Shown: piece after piece, positions 1-13,292 of the stretch
How positions within the stretch are numbered: position 1 is the first letter of the stretch
Layout of the letters: each line of letters opens with the position of its first letter
Assembly: GCA_951406725.2 (NCBI GenBank)
Contig: OX597821.1
Location: forward strand, 2,914,001 to 2,978,000
Length of the DNA stretch: 64,000 nt
Reading direction: 5' to 3'
Source: Octopus vulgaris
Lineage: Eukaryota
The notes under the pieces: model-generated
Seen by the model: the letters and a program-made list of their open reading frames with translations, nothing else
Database searches by the model: none
What the model was told of the DNA's origin: nothing
Translations under genes and position numbers: made by a program

Positions 1-192
1 CGAGATGGACCACATAAGTATTTAAAACTAAACAAACAAATATTAAATCCACCCGTTTCCTATAAACGTGTATAAATACAAAAAATACCTTAATCCAATA
101 TAGGCTGAGGTACACAGGAAATATATATATGCATATACGTATATACACTCATATACGTACATAAACATTCACATGCACACCTGCATACATAC

Positions 193-409
193 CTATAGTT
201 CCCAAATATATGTACTTAACCCTGTAGAATTAAACCTATTCCTATTCCTAAAGGTGTATCTATGATAATTAAGTATCTGTTTCAGACTATTTTTAGTAGC
301 ACCCTACTATCGCATTGTGTACTCACAATACATTGGTAAACCACCTCTTTTCTCAAGCATTCATTATTGAACACACAGTTGTCTTTAATTCTACAATTGC
401 AGCTATTAT
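193..409 (-). pseudogene. Cys-rich linker plus GIY-YIG endonuclease remnant of the same PLE
   Basis: In frame after the TAG at 410-412: DNSCNCRIKDNCVFNNECLRKEVVYQCIVSTQCDSRV. A frameshift then gives GATKNSLKQILNYHRYTFRNRNRFNSTGLSTYIWEL*. This matches the PLE pattern CxC..C...CL..VVY..(YIG).T....H...F....ST.LS.YIW.L. Confidence 0.85.
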
Positions 410-1110
410 CTAATTGATAAACTTAACCTTATGATTCTCAGCATCAATATTATTATTGATAATGTTAACATCAATCTCACTAATTATTCCTATATTCAAC
501 GGTGGTCTATATTTAACATTATTAATATTATTCAAATCGTTAGAGCTACTACTACTAATACCAGTATCATCAACCATGTTACTATTCGTCGTTACAGAAA
601 TACCACTATTGTTACCTCCATTAGGGCTACCCACACTCGCACTATCAAAATTACTAAATCTCAAGCGGTAGTGGGGCACATTACTGCTAACCAAGTTCAT
701 CTTTCTATCAAAATAGAAATGGTCTAATTTTCTATTATTAAAAGAGGATATTATGGTGGCCAAGTTATGAGTAAGGCCGTATCCTATTCTAATAGTTTTA
801 TTATTAATTATGTTACAATATTTATTCTTTCCCTTCCCAAAATGCTTGTACAATAAACTATGGATAATTCCAACTATGTCAGTTTTAATTTGCATAGCAT
901 ATGGAATTATTAGCCATAGTGCATCATTACCACTATATAGGTTACCTATTATATTTCTATTATTAACAAATATCCTATTCCCCTTATTTGCCCTACACTT
1001 TCTATGATTTATATTACCAAGATTATGACTAAAATCCTTGTCATAATTATTATTGTTACTATGGTGTAAATAAGTTTTTCTATTTCCGTAAATATTATTA
1101 ATATTATTAA

Positions 1111-1176
<66 letters not shown>

Positions 1177-1270
1177 CATTATTATTATTATCATTATTAT
1201 TATTATCATTATTATTATTATCATTCTTCTTCTTCTTCTTCTTCTTCTTCTTCTTCTTCTTCTTCTTCTT

Positions 1271-1301
<31 letters not shown>

Positions 1302-2580
1302 TTCTTCTTCTTCTTCTTATTATTATTATTGTTATTAATATTGATGTTATGTGCAAAGTCATTTAATATAAGATCATTAGCTCTATTTATACCGGTACTA
1401 GTATTATTACCATTCACAATATTATATTCCTTAATGTCCCTGACCCTAGAGTTGCCGTTAGCCCCACCCAACCCATTTATATTTGTAGTAGTTGATCTAC
1501 TTCTATCACTAAGGTTGTTACTAGGTATATACTTAATTTTACCAGTATAACCTGTCTTATGTAATGCAGAGTCGTATTTTTCACTATGTCTATTAAATAT
1601 ATCTACGTTCGAGGATAGATAAGAGATTCTTTTACTAATGCTAAGCAAAAGTGACCTTTTTACTTGAGTGGGGTGATTGCTAGAGTAGTTTATATAGACT
1701 GAATTAGAATTAGGTTTAACATAAGGTTCATGTATTCCATTAGTGAGATTGCAATTAACATCTAAATAATTGACAGAGTAATTTTCATTTTCAATAATTA
1801 TTGATAAGCCAAAACTCTTAAAAAATTTGCGCAGTCGTTTTTTCAGTATTTCTAGTTTTCTAATTGATGTATTCTTAACTAAAAACAAAGCGTCGTCTCT
1901 ATATAGGCCGCCCTTCAATTCAGGGAATTCGCTACTTAAATTATCTAGTAAATACATCCCTACTAAATCAGTCGCTTCCGCTGAATCCGGCGATCCCATA
2001 GTGATGTCAAATAAGTTGGGTGTATTCATCGTAGCCCATAATTTGTTATCAAATTCTATGACTGTTTTCCTAGAAGTTAAAATAACTTTGATTTCCCTCG
2101 TGCTGATGTTAGCAAGAATTAAGGCCTGGTTCAGTATAATAGGGATTATAGAAGAGTAATAGTTCTGGATATCTAGTTGGATAAATTTGTTGTTACTACC
2201 ATTACTAACCTTAATACCAGAGAACCAATCCAGTGCGCCCTGTGTATTCTTCCAATGACTAAGCCTAATTTTCTTTCTTATAGTTCGTAAATATTTGTCT
2301 AGGATTAGTTTGCTTAATTTACCTAAGTCATATTTGCTAGGACAAATCAGTCTAAATTGTTTATTACCAGGGAAATTATCCTTATGGTCCTTAATTGTAA
2401 TTCTAGGTCTAATAGGAGTGAAGGGTTCAGTTTTATCTTCTAGATAGTAATCAAACATAATTTCTTTAGCTTCTAAATTTAATGTTCTGAGTGTATCAAA
2501 TAGTACAATCTTATACTTCTTCGTGATTCATGTAAGAATGTCAATATTGTAAATGTTACTAGTTTTGTCAGAATGGGTTA
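410..2580 (-). mobile_element. Penelope-like retroelement reverse transcriptase region (682-aa ORF 410-2458 plus interrupted upstream coding remnant)
   Basis: PLE RT motifs: upstream SDKTSNIY (ADKT-like, about 2550-2575, before a TGA), ITIKDHKDNF..FRLICPSK, FIQLDIQNYYSSI, ITMGSPDSAE, GGLYRDD, VNYLDV, YINYSSNHP. The left end runs into the GIY-YIG remnant; the right end abuts a (TA)n/(TACA)n tract. Confidence 0.9.
1112..1330. repeat. Compound (ATT)n/(TTC)n trinucleotide tract inside the PLE ORF (poly-N/poly-K)
   Basis: Direct reading; translates as in-frame N and K runs on the minus strand. Confidence 0.95.
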
Positions 2581-2611
<31 letters not shown>

Positions 2612-2775
2612 CGTACATACACACATATATATATATATACATACGTACATACATACATATATATATATACATATACATACGTACATACAAACATATATAT
2701 AGATACGTACAGACATTATTATATATATACATATGTACATACATACATATATATACATACGTACATACATACATT

Positions 2776-2807
<32 letters not shown>

Positions 2808-2820
2808 CATACATATGTAC

Positions 2821-2853
<33 letters not shown>

Positions 2854-2893
2854 CATACATGCATACATATATATATATATATATACATACGTA
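2581..2893. repeat. (TA)n/(TACA)n compound microsatellite
   Basis: Direct reading. Confidence 0.95.
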
Positions 2894-3159
2894 CAAGAAA
2901 ATTAGTCAATACACTATATATTATTCATATGAAATACAGTGTACGTTAAAACACATTAATATGCTTCCATCATAGGAATCCATTACGCTAGAAAGAACAG
3001 TTAAAGTCCAAACCACTAATTAGGGAATAAATTCTCGAAGGGAATGAAACACAAAGCATTTATCTTCTAGTTCCCGGACTATGGTTTCTGACTTATGTTA
3101 GTAAATGGTATTAGTAGGAGTGAGGCGGTTGTTTTAGTGATAGTGATGGCGGTAGTAGT

Positions 3160-3305
3160 AACGGTAGTAGTAGTAGTAGTAGTAGTAGTAGAAAACGAAG
3201 AAGAAAACGGAGAAGAGGAAGAAGAAGAAGAAGAAGAAGAAGAAGAAGAAGAAGAAGGAAGAAGAAGAAGAAAAAGAAGAAGAAGGAGGATGAGGAGGAG
3301 AAGAA
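3160..3305. repeat. (TAG)n/(GAA)n trinucleotide repeats
   Basis: Direct reading. Confidence 0.9.
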
Positions 3306-4550
3306 AAAGTAGAAGGATTGGGATGGTGCGTCAGTGGACTTACCATTTGTTGGTGACTTCCTATTCTGGCAGATGACACCTTTGTACCACTCAGGCGAGC
3401 GATAGCCTTCTCACCCGTGGGTCAGTTTTGAATAGTCGTTGCCTGTGATTGTTTTACGAGTTGAGAGTGCAGATCCCACGTCAACTCATTTTAGCTGTGT
3501 TTTGCGGCATACAGAATGAACGTTTGGTCTATTCATTGACATGTCTATCTTCACACTGTACTTGATATGAAATTGATTAATAAGTACTAGAGGTCAAATT
3601 CTTCGATTAAAACTTAAGGTGCTGCTCTTGCCACGAGTAAAACATATATAAAGAAAATAGAACATAAGAAGTTGTCTATATAGCGTTTATTTACACTTTT
3701 ACAGATATAGATTCTGTTACTTACAACAAATCTATTTTTATGTACGTACACCGAAAGAACCTTTGTGCTGAGGCATTTAACATAGCGTCAGAACCATAAG
3801 TATACCGTAAGTTATAAATAATTTCATTTCACTGGAGATGTATTGACGATATTTGGCAAGTTTAAGGAATATTGAAGACTTCAGACAACGTTGCAGTTCA
3901 GAAAGAAATATTAAAAATGTATGACCTCTCTTCATATTTCTTCTCATCATGACCATTGCGTGTTCAGGAATTAATACCAAAACATAATGCCAAAGTCATA
4001 CTAACTTCTTTTTAAAACTGTTAGCCCCAGAGAAAACCAATTATCCTCTTTGTCTCCATACTCTACAGTTAGTATTATCCTTCCTTGCCTAGCCTTTGCT
4101 CTTTGATTTTATGTTTGTCTCTCTCTATATATGTAGATATAAGTATAAATATAGAGACATATGCAACTGTATACCCACCCATATATATATATATATATAT
4201 ATATTTCTCTTTAAAACCTGTTTATTATATTACTTTTCTATTTTTGTGCTTATTTATTTTCTGTTCTATCATTAAATAGTTTGCGGACAACAAGCTTTAT
4301 TGCTAAATATTATTTTTGCATCAATGAGCCGTGAAATGTTAATACTTACATTGGTGTGAATTTATTGCCATTTTTCTCTCAAGTCTTACATTAAAAGAGA
4401 TAAAAAAATACAAACTTAGAAAAAAATAAATTTAAAATAATTGATAAAAAAATATATACAAATTCAAATATATGAGACGTAAGGCCAACACCTTGTGTGA
4501 ACAATTTCAAATATACATATGTGCGTATGTCATTATGAATATATGTCTGT

Positions 4551-4847
<297 letters not shown>

Positions 4848-5270
4848 TAACGAAATGAAACTCCGTCGTTATTGGTTGGAGCTATAAAAAAACATTCTGA
4901 ATAGAAAAGACGTTCAAACATCTTGCGCAGATAATATGTTAAAATCTGTGATAGATATATTACAATACATGGTTACAGAATGAATAAGTCATAGAATATT
5001 CTATATTCTTCAGGGAAGGATGAATCGACGATATTCAAATCAGAGAAGTGTACTTACTGCAAGAAGCTCAATAAAACATAAGTTTTCAAAGTGAAGCGGC
5101 AAGACCACAGTAATATTTCGAATTATGAACAATACTTGTTTTGAAACAAGAAATGATGTTAACATAACATTTCTTTTATACTTGAAGATAACGTTATAAC
5201 TTACATCCATTGTATATTTAGTAATTCTCGTAAAGACGAAACACATTTACGTATTATTGAAGAACGCAAC

Positions 5271-5303
<33 letters not shown>

Positions 5304-5371
5304 TGTATGTATGTATGTATGTATGTATGTATGTATGTATGTATGTATGCATGTATATATGTATGTATATG

Positions 5372-5457
<86 letters not shown>

Positions 5458-5480
5458 TATGTATACATATATATATACAT
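5271..5480. repeat. (TATG)n/(TA)n microsatellite
   Basis: Direct reading. Confidence 0.95.
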
Positions 5481-5532
5481 TTCCAGTTGAAGACATACAC
5501 CACTAACCAGTGTGACACTACCACCTGGACCT

Positions 5533-6091
5533 TCCGGAAAGTTCATGCCGATTTATAGTAGCTTACCTTCCGACTTATTTTAGAACATGGTTGTGTCCAT
5601 AAAATACGATTTGACTACACCTCCATTTACAGCACAATTGAAGCTATCTTTTCGTGGAAGAAGGGTTATGTTCCTATAAACTGTGTTAATTCCGTCACCC
5701 TTTCAAATGGAAGATAAGAAAGTTCGTTTTCGGCACTTGATACATTGGGAACCAGACACAAAATGTGCTGCTCGGCTGAGATGTGTTACCCCACCCTCCA
5801 TATTCACCAGATATTACTCCTTCAGATTTCCACTTATTCAGGTCTCTGCAGAATAGTCTTAAGGGGGAAAAGTTTAATTCCTTGGATGACATAAAAAGAT
5901 ACCTTGATGAATTCTTTGCCATGAAACCACCTCAATTCTGGGAAGAGAGTATTTTAAAGTTAAAGGAAAAATGGAGACTCAATGTGCATCACAAGGGTTC
6001 GTATTTGGTTGATTAAAAATGTAATGGCAAGTATTTGTTGATCTTTTTCTTTCCTTTAAAAATCGGCACGAACTTTCTGGACAACCGAATA
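5533..6091 (+). mobile_element. Internally deleted mariner (DD34D) element, copy 1
   Basis: TIRs tccggaaagttcatgccgatt and aatcggcacgaactttctggacaaccgaata. N-terminal MEDKKVRFRHL is fused to C-terminal LPHPPYSPDITPSDFHLFRSLQNSL..KGSYLVD. Second copy at 58285-58803. Confidence 0.9.
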
Positions 6092-7309
6092 CATTCACCA
6101 AGGACGAATTGTTTGATGACGAAGGTATTATGCTGTTTCTCTCCGTTTCGTTGCGAGCGGAAGAGAAACCAAAAACGCCTCTGACGCTTTTAGTTCTATG
6201 CTCCATCTGTTAAAGCTCATACACACATGAATTCGTACATATATTATCAACACTTCGACATACTTCCACATACGAGGTCCATCTATTTTAAATACAGAGC
6301 TTGTATAATATTCATTTCAACGTTTCCGCATGGTCGGAAGATTTACCTCTTGTCTATAAAACATTTTGGCAACATAAACACATTGTACTCAGCGCTTTGC
6401 TGATTTTCGTAATCTAATCACCTCGATACTGTATAATTTATCATAAATATTTGAAATAGAAACCATTTTCATCTGATAAAATTTAATTTTGACGAATTTA
6501 TATCAGTGTTTTAGACGTTGTTGTTGCTGTAGTACGGCTGTACACATTTAGAGTCGAGGTTGCTCCTGATTGGCTGCAGCTGTACAAATTTTTAAGTTGA
6601 ATATCTAAGCACATACGGAGATGAAACTATAGTGTTACTTATATATTGTCGATAAACGTTATAATATTTATAGACAATACATAAGCAAAATTTCCCAGCG
6701 GGCTAATTTAAAATTTGAAATATTATCGATGAAAATATATATTCTAAACGACAGACTAATTTCGAGATATAGAACATCGGTTGAATTTATGTCACCTCCG
6801 CTTATTCTGGTGTGGCGAATGGAGACAGTAGAGGGATTATTGTGAATATAGGACAATATTAGTAACATATTATGGAGCAAACAACGGGAGTAGCTGTTTT
6901 TAACGTTAATGGGAAAATATCAAATGAATGGCTAAATTGGTTAAATCGTAGTCTTTATTGATCGGGGAAATATAAAGTGAATTAAATGGTCTATTTATCT
7001 GCAAATAAAACGCAAATATTGGACCAAGTTTGGAGAGTTTTGAAAAGTCATATGGATAATGCTATCATATTAATGGATTGAAGTGCTAGGAGATAATATC
7101 ATTTTATTTATATTGATAGCTAACGTGGCACCGCACAGATAGTGATGGAAGCTAAAATTCTATCTGTGTACATCTAAAAAAACTAGAACATAGAAGGAAA
7201 GTCCAATTTAGTCAAAAGAGCATGTTGAAACATTGTTTGTTTGTCTACATGATATATTATTTTATACGAGCAGAATCAGCTGCTTTAATGAAGGAAGCGA
7301 GCTATCAGA

Positions 7310-7524
7310 AACGTTGGAGCGCCGGGCGAAATGCTTACCGGTATTTCGTCTGCCGTTACGTTCTGAGTTCAAACTCCGCCGAGGTCGACTTTGCCTTTTA
7401 TCCTTTCGGGGTCAATAAATTAAGTACCACTTATGCACTGGGGTTGATGTAATCGATTTAATTCGTTTGTCTGTCCTCGTTTGCATCCTCTGTGTTTAGC
7501 CCTTTGTGGGCAATAAAGAAATAA
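7310..7524 (+). mobile_element. SINE (Meta-domain-like core), 5'-truncated
   Basis: B-box-like gagttcaaactcc, core cctttcggggtcaataaattaagtacca, tail aataaagaaataa; related copies at 15521 and 53725. Confidence 0.8.
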
Positions 7525-8305
7525 TTTAAGTGGCATAAATTAAAACTCACTCCTTCTCTTCCTCTCTCTCTCTCTCTCTCTCTCTCTCGCACATGCACAC
7601 ACAAACAAGCAACCATGTATATAGAACGCAGATCTCTAAGATGTTTGTGACAGTGAATTTCATTTCGGACATTACTATACTCGAGGCCACGTTAGAAGAC
7701 ACTTACCTAAGATGATATACTGTGATAAGGAATCTTCAATGCGACTATGTTGCATATTCAAATCTACCAAATGAAATGTTACACTGATATGACTATAAAA
7801 TTGTAATACAGCCTATGAACATTTCTCAAAACATTACTAACGTTGTAATAAAGTAGTAGATTTACATTATACACAGTCTAAGTCCTCACTTTCTTTCCAT
7901 AATTACGACTGTTTATATCTTGACGTACTATGAAAAATATTACATCTTTCCTTGTAGAATCGGCGACGTATATACAAATTTATAGAGCTTTCAGAGCTAC
8001 CTCCAAAGACTGCGCATTCAATTCTATGATGAATTGTACATCATATAAATAATGAAGAACTTGAAAAAGACAAAACAAAGAACAAATAAAATTTCGAAGA
8101 AATTATATATTATATATTTGTCTATAAACTTCCAGCCATCTTAAAATTTTCATAATAACAACAGAATTTCCTCAGGGAATATTCGTCGTCTAAATCTAAA
8201 TCATAAAAATTACTAACTTTCAAGTTCAGAGAGGTTACACATCTTTGAAATTTAAACTATTAGACTCTGTTGCAAATCTGAAAGAACTTCTGAGTAAATA
8301 ATTAT

Positions 8306-8768
8306 ATACATGAAGGGTGTTCGGGCAAAATCTGGGAATATTTTATCTCCTCTTCTTTCTCGTCCAGGTACATCTTCCTCTATTAATGAACAGTTAACAG
8401 CGTTGAAGGGAATAAATATCATATTTATAGTTGAGAAAAAGTTACTTTCCATGCTCTGTTACAGGCCATCAGAGTATTAGAAAAAGGGTCAGCCGTACCA
8501 TGATGATTTGGGCCGGGTATCGAAATAACGACATTATCATTGTTTCTCAGTGCTCTTTCGACACTGTAAAGGATGTAAGGTGTGCTACAGATAGCTGCTA
8601 CGAAGAGTCTGTGTTGACCAGCAGGAAGAGACACAGCAATCGTTCTGATTGTTTCAGTACGCCGAAGTACATTACATCATTGACCATGGCCCTAGGCTTT
8701 CTTCAGATAACTCTTTGAAGATACTAGAGACTGGGTAAAGGCTGACTGGAAAAGGTTGCTGCTGGAAG

Positions 8769-8843
<75 letters not shown>

Positions 8844-9270
8844 CAGCAGGAGGATTCGGCTCCATTTTCTAATTCCGTCAGAAGAGATGGATGGAGAATT
8901 ATATGATTTAAGTAGCCTCTCCTCTACGTCAGGCTTCCTAATTCGCCCGATTGTAATCCTATAGATTATTATGTATGGGGTGCGATTGAGAAAACCACGA
9001 ACCTGGAAAGCAAAGGCCCAATTGGTGGCGATGATCATGCTGGTGATTGAATGTCTTGCCAGAGAGATAGTGGAGAGCACATTCTCCAGACTTTGGGGTA
9101 GTATTGACGCCGTGTTAGTAGCTGAGACCAGCTCTTTTCAACAAACACTTACCCCTTAGCCATGATTTATTTGGTGTGCTATGATTTCTAAAAGACTATT
9201 CTTGTTGGACGCGACGTCCTGTGATTTTTTTCTTTCTTTTAAAATAGTAAAATTTAGCACAAATACCGTA
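8306..9270 (+). mobile_element. Decayed, internally deleted Tc1/mariner-superfamily (DDxD) element split by (TA)n at 8773-8842
   Basis: Remnant translations RKRHSNRSD..STPKY, LEKVAAGRF, QEDSAP and PNSPDCNPIDYYVWGAIEK. Possible degenerate TIRs at about 8306-8335 and 9245-9270; boundaries approximate. Confidence 0.65.
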
Positions 9271-9363
9271 TGCATAAGTACACATGCATATATAGATACA
9301 TACACATCGACACACACACATATATATATACATATACACATATACTATATGTATTTATATATT

Positions 9364-9469
<106 letters not shown>

Positions 9470-10759
9470 TGTATGTTTATGTGTGTATCTATGTATTTAC
9501 CTACCTAACCACCTCTATATCTATCGACCTATATATATAGAGAGAATGAGAGTGATATAGATAGTTAGATAAATATACTAAAATTTTTCTTATAATTCAT
9601 TGAGTTTGTATGAGTAGATATGTGTTCGTGTGTGTGTATGTTTATTGGTAAATTGCTGAATAAAGATAGAAATGCCAAGTCACAATTTTCATACTCCTCT
9701 TGAGTAAGAATTCCTATGTTTTACGGTGAGGTGAATTCGATGAAACAGTACCAGACTGTTATAATTACTGGAATTGATGGGAAGAAATAAAAAACCGTCG
9801 GTTTCTTTCCTCGATATTTCTGGAGTGGAATAATTGCAATCGAAAAAAGAAAACTAGTGAAAAATAGAAAAAAGCATATAAGATATTATTATCAAGTAAC
9901 TGTTAAAACATTATTCAGTAACTGGGTTGTGTGCATGGACACAATTCAAATTAATTAAGCTGACCAATAGAGAATATGTAGGACACTTGCCATAGAGGTT
10001 GGAAACATATTGTCTATCAATGCTCAAATCACATATGGATAGTTTTGTGGGCAGGAAACATCGAAGCAATTACTTGTTTAATATCATCAAAGTGATGGCT
10101 GTTGATTCATTCTTATAATATCTGTATTTATAACTTGCGTACGCTGCAACATTTTACTCACTCGGTTTTTCTAAATAAAAAAGTGTCTTTATATGTCACG
10201 CTTTTTTTTATTATAACTTCTAACAATACATATCTCTCCAAACACCTGCAATCTCGTTCTAGCTATTCAATATGGTATCGAACCTTTACACACATCTAAC
10301 CGCTATCAAACACATCCATCGTTAACGTTTGAATACTCCAAGAGACTCTTTATCGGCTAATTACAATATTCTAATATTATGCATAATATAAACTAACGAA
10401 GTAGCTATTCATAGTTCTTGCAAGTAAATTATCTTCTGTATTATTATTATCAAAATAATTTACTTACAAATGAAGCGTATTTTGGCCTATATATTAAATC
10501 AAGATGCCTGTTTAGTAATCGATATATATTGCAATTATCAACACTTTCCATCGGTTACGCTATGGAAATTTTGCTGTAATGGCTTTCCAATTCATAAATA
10601 CAAAACTCCTTCGCACACAAAAAATACGCTTTCATTAACATATACAATCATATGCATACGCATACATAAATAGAGAACGCAAGCATGTTCACACGCGTAG
10701 AAGTACAGACTCTCTCTCATTCTCTCTCTCCGTCTGTCTGTATAATATACATATACATG

Positions 10760-10825
<66 letters not shown>

Positions 10826-10831
<6 letters not shown>

Positions 10832-11108
10832 CACGTAATATCACGCGACCGACCAGACCATCAGATGTTGTTGCATATCGCTGGTCACAATACATTCGCA
10901 TTGTTTTAGCCTTTGAAAGACGACACCCCGCGTGGGAGAAAGAGTGGTGAAAGAGTACAGCAGGGATGACCACCCCCTGCCGGAGCCTCGTAGAGCTTTT
11001 AAGTGTTTTCACTCAATAAACACTCACAACGTCCGGTCTGGGAATCGAAACCACGATCCTACGACCGCGAGTCCGCTGCCCTAACCACTGGGCCATTGCG
11101 CCTCCACA
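10826..11108 (-). mobile_element. tRNA-derived SINE (head shared with the 34467 copy, different 3' half)
   Basis: Reverse complement starts gtggaggcgcaatggcccagtggttagggcagcggac..ggtttcgattcc (A and B boxes); ends in (TA)n. Confidence 0.85.
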
Positions 11109-11159
11109 TATACATATATGTATATATATATCTGTATATATTATATATACATATATCAC

Positions 11160-11176
11160 AGATATATCTATATCTA

Positions 11177-11249
<73 letters not shown>

Positions 11250-11282
11250 GTATATCTATATATATATCTATCTATCTATCTA

Positions 11283-11328
<46 letters not shown>

Positions 11329-11335
11329 TATATAC
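11160..11335. repeat. (TATC)n/(TA)n microsatellite
   Basis: Direct reading. Confidence 0.95.
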
Positions 11336-11888
11336 AATAAGGGGCTTCCAAATAGGAAAGCGTTGTGCTAGAACACAAAAAGGGATAAGTTCATGAAAGG
11401 AATGAAAATTAAAAACATTTACCATCTCAACTATATCCCAGACCGACTGTTTTTCACTATTTCCAGCAAAAAAAAATATATATTTGTCGAAGGCAAGTTT
11501 CTTCAGTGGGACAGCCTTAATAATCCTGATGCACAGGCAGTTAGATCCACATGAAGATCTAACGGTTTGTAAATCCTAACTTTCCAAACCTCTGCGCAGA
11601 CGCAAATCATACCCGGCGACAGAGAGGATGCCGGTAAAAAATTTACGAACATAATAAGCCTCTTATTGTATTTCTATATGAATAATATATAGTCTAATGA
11701 CTAATTTGTTTTTTGTGCTACGTCACTGGTAATAATAATTTATTATTACCCTATTTACTATGTTTATATATATATATATATATATGATATTTGTATATAT
11801 ATATATACATACATATACATAAATACATACTCATATATATATACATATATATGTATATAAATATATACACATATGTATATACATATAT

Positions 11889-11919
<31 letters not shown>

Positions 11920-11923
11920 CACA

Positions 11924-11964
<41 letters not shown>

Positions 11965-12482
11965 TATTGCAAATCAACAGAGGTTTTTGTTTTTATACAA
12001 GCACTTTTTTAATTAAAATAAACGAAGAAAATAATTTTAGAATGTCATTATGGAAAATAGAGAGAAAGTATTGCCATTTGCATTAAAATAAGCAACTGGC
12101 TTCACTCAGTTTGAAAGATAATTTTGGCATACTGTAAAGGAACGAAAAATATACTGAAGTAAATTAATATTTCATTATATAACTTCTCCAAGTTCACATC
12201 ATTTTCTAACCAAAGTCATACCATGCTGAGAGCTGGTTTCTTTTGTAAAATACAAGGTCGTAACATTAGTAGTAATACCAGGTCAAGCAGGGTGACATGA
12301 ATGTGTTTTCAGGAGCAGCAATGGTCGTAGAAGTGATACTACTAGTAGTAGTGATAGTAGTCGCTGTAGTTGAAGATTAAACACTAGTAGCCTAATTATC
12401 ACTGCTGTATTAGTAGTAGTGTCTAGAGTTGAAGCTGAGTTGGTAGTAACTGTACTGTAGCAGTGAAGAGTAAAGAATAAAT

Positions 12483-12800
12483 ACCCACTTCGTTTACGTA
12501 TGGCCATGGCATTGCGCCGAGAATGTTCCCTTCCGAGGCTCTAGTCTGGGCTGGGTCGTGGGAGACTAGCAGTCGCCCATGCATACCAGTCTCCCCTCTG
12601 CACACCATCGATGTTATCCAAGGAAAAGGCCGATACAGTCTGACACCAATGACGTAGCAACTAATTTTCTACAGCTGAGTGAACTGGAGCAACGTGAAAT
12701 AAAGTGTCTTGCTCAAGAACACAACACGCAGCCTAGTCCGGCAATTGAACTCACTTCCCCATGATTGTGAGCCTTACGCTCTTACTTCTGAGCCATGCGA
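12483..12800 (-). mobile_element. tRNA-derived SINE with CORE-like domain
   Basis: Reverse complement: tggctcagaagtaagagc..gagttcaattgcc, then tgtgttcttgagcaagacactttatttcacgttgctccagttcactcagctgtagaaa, shared with the 62309 copy. Confidence 0.75.
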
Positions 12801-12902
12801 TTTTACTGTAGAATTTTAGTAACATCTTCCTTTTGCTGCAACAGTTAATCAGAAGTGGTCAGTATTCGGTTTCGTAAGTTGTTTGTTGTTTGTAAGCTCT
12901 TC

Positions 12903-13292
12903 TTTTCTTTTTTCTTTCAGTGATTTGACTGCGGCCATGCTGGAACATCGCCTTTAGTCGAGCTAATCCACTCCAGGACTTATTCTTTGTAAGCCTAGTA
13001 CTTATTCTATCGGTTCTTTTGTCGAATTACTATGTTACTGGGACGTAAACACACCAGCATCGGTTGTCAAGTGATGTTGGGTTTGGGACATACACAGACA
13101 CACAAACATATATACACACACATACATATATATACTTATACATATATATGAAAGGCTTTTTCAGTTTCTGTTTAACAAATCCACTCAGAAGGCTTAGTAG
13201 ATGACACTTGCCCAAGGTGCCACGCAGTGGGACTGAACCCAGAGCCATGTGGTTGGTAAGCAAGCTACTTACCACACAGCCACTCCTACGCC
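12903..13292 (-). mobile_element. tRNA-derived SINE with CR1-like 3' stem-loop tail
   Basis: Reverse-complement head ggcgtaggagtggctgtgtggtaagtagcttgc..gggttcagtccc and tail ..ccagcatggccgcagtcaaatcactgaaa; related copies at 46451, 51066 and 59918. Confidence 0.85.

Noticed and set aside
3074-3105. Minus-strand GAAACCATAGTC upstream of the PLE ORF
   Set aside because: Only the 3' half of a possible hammerhead is present, so it cannot be called.
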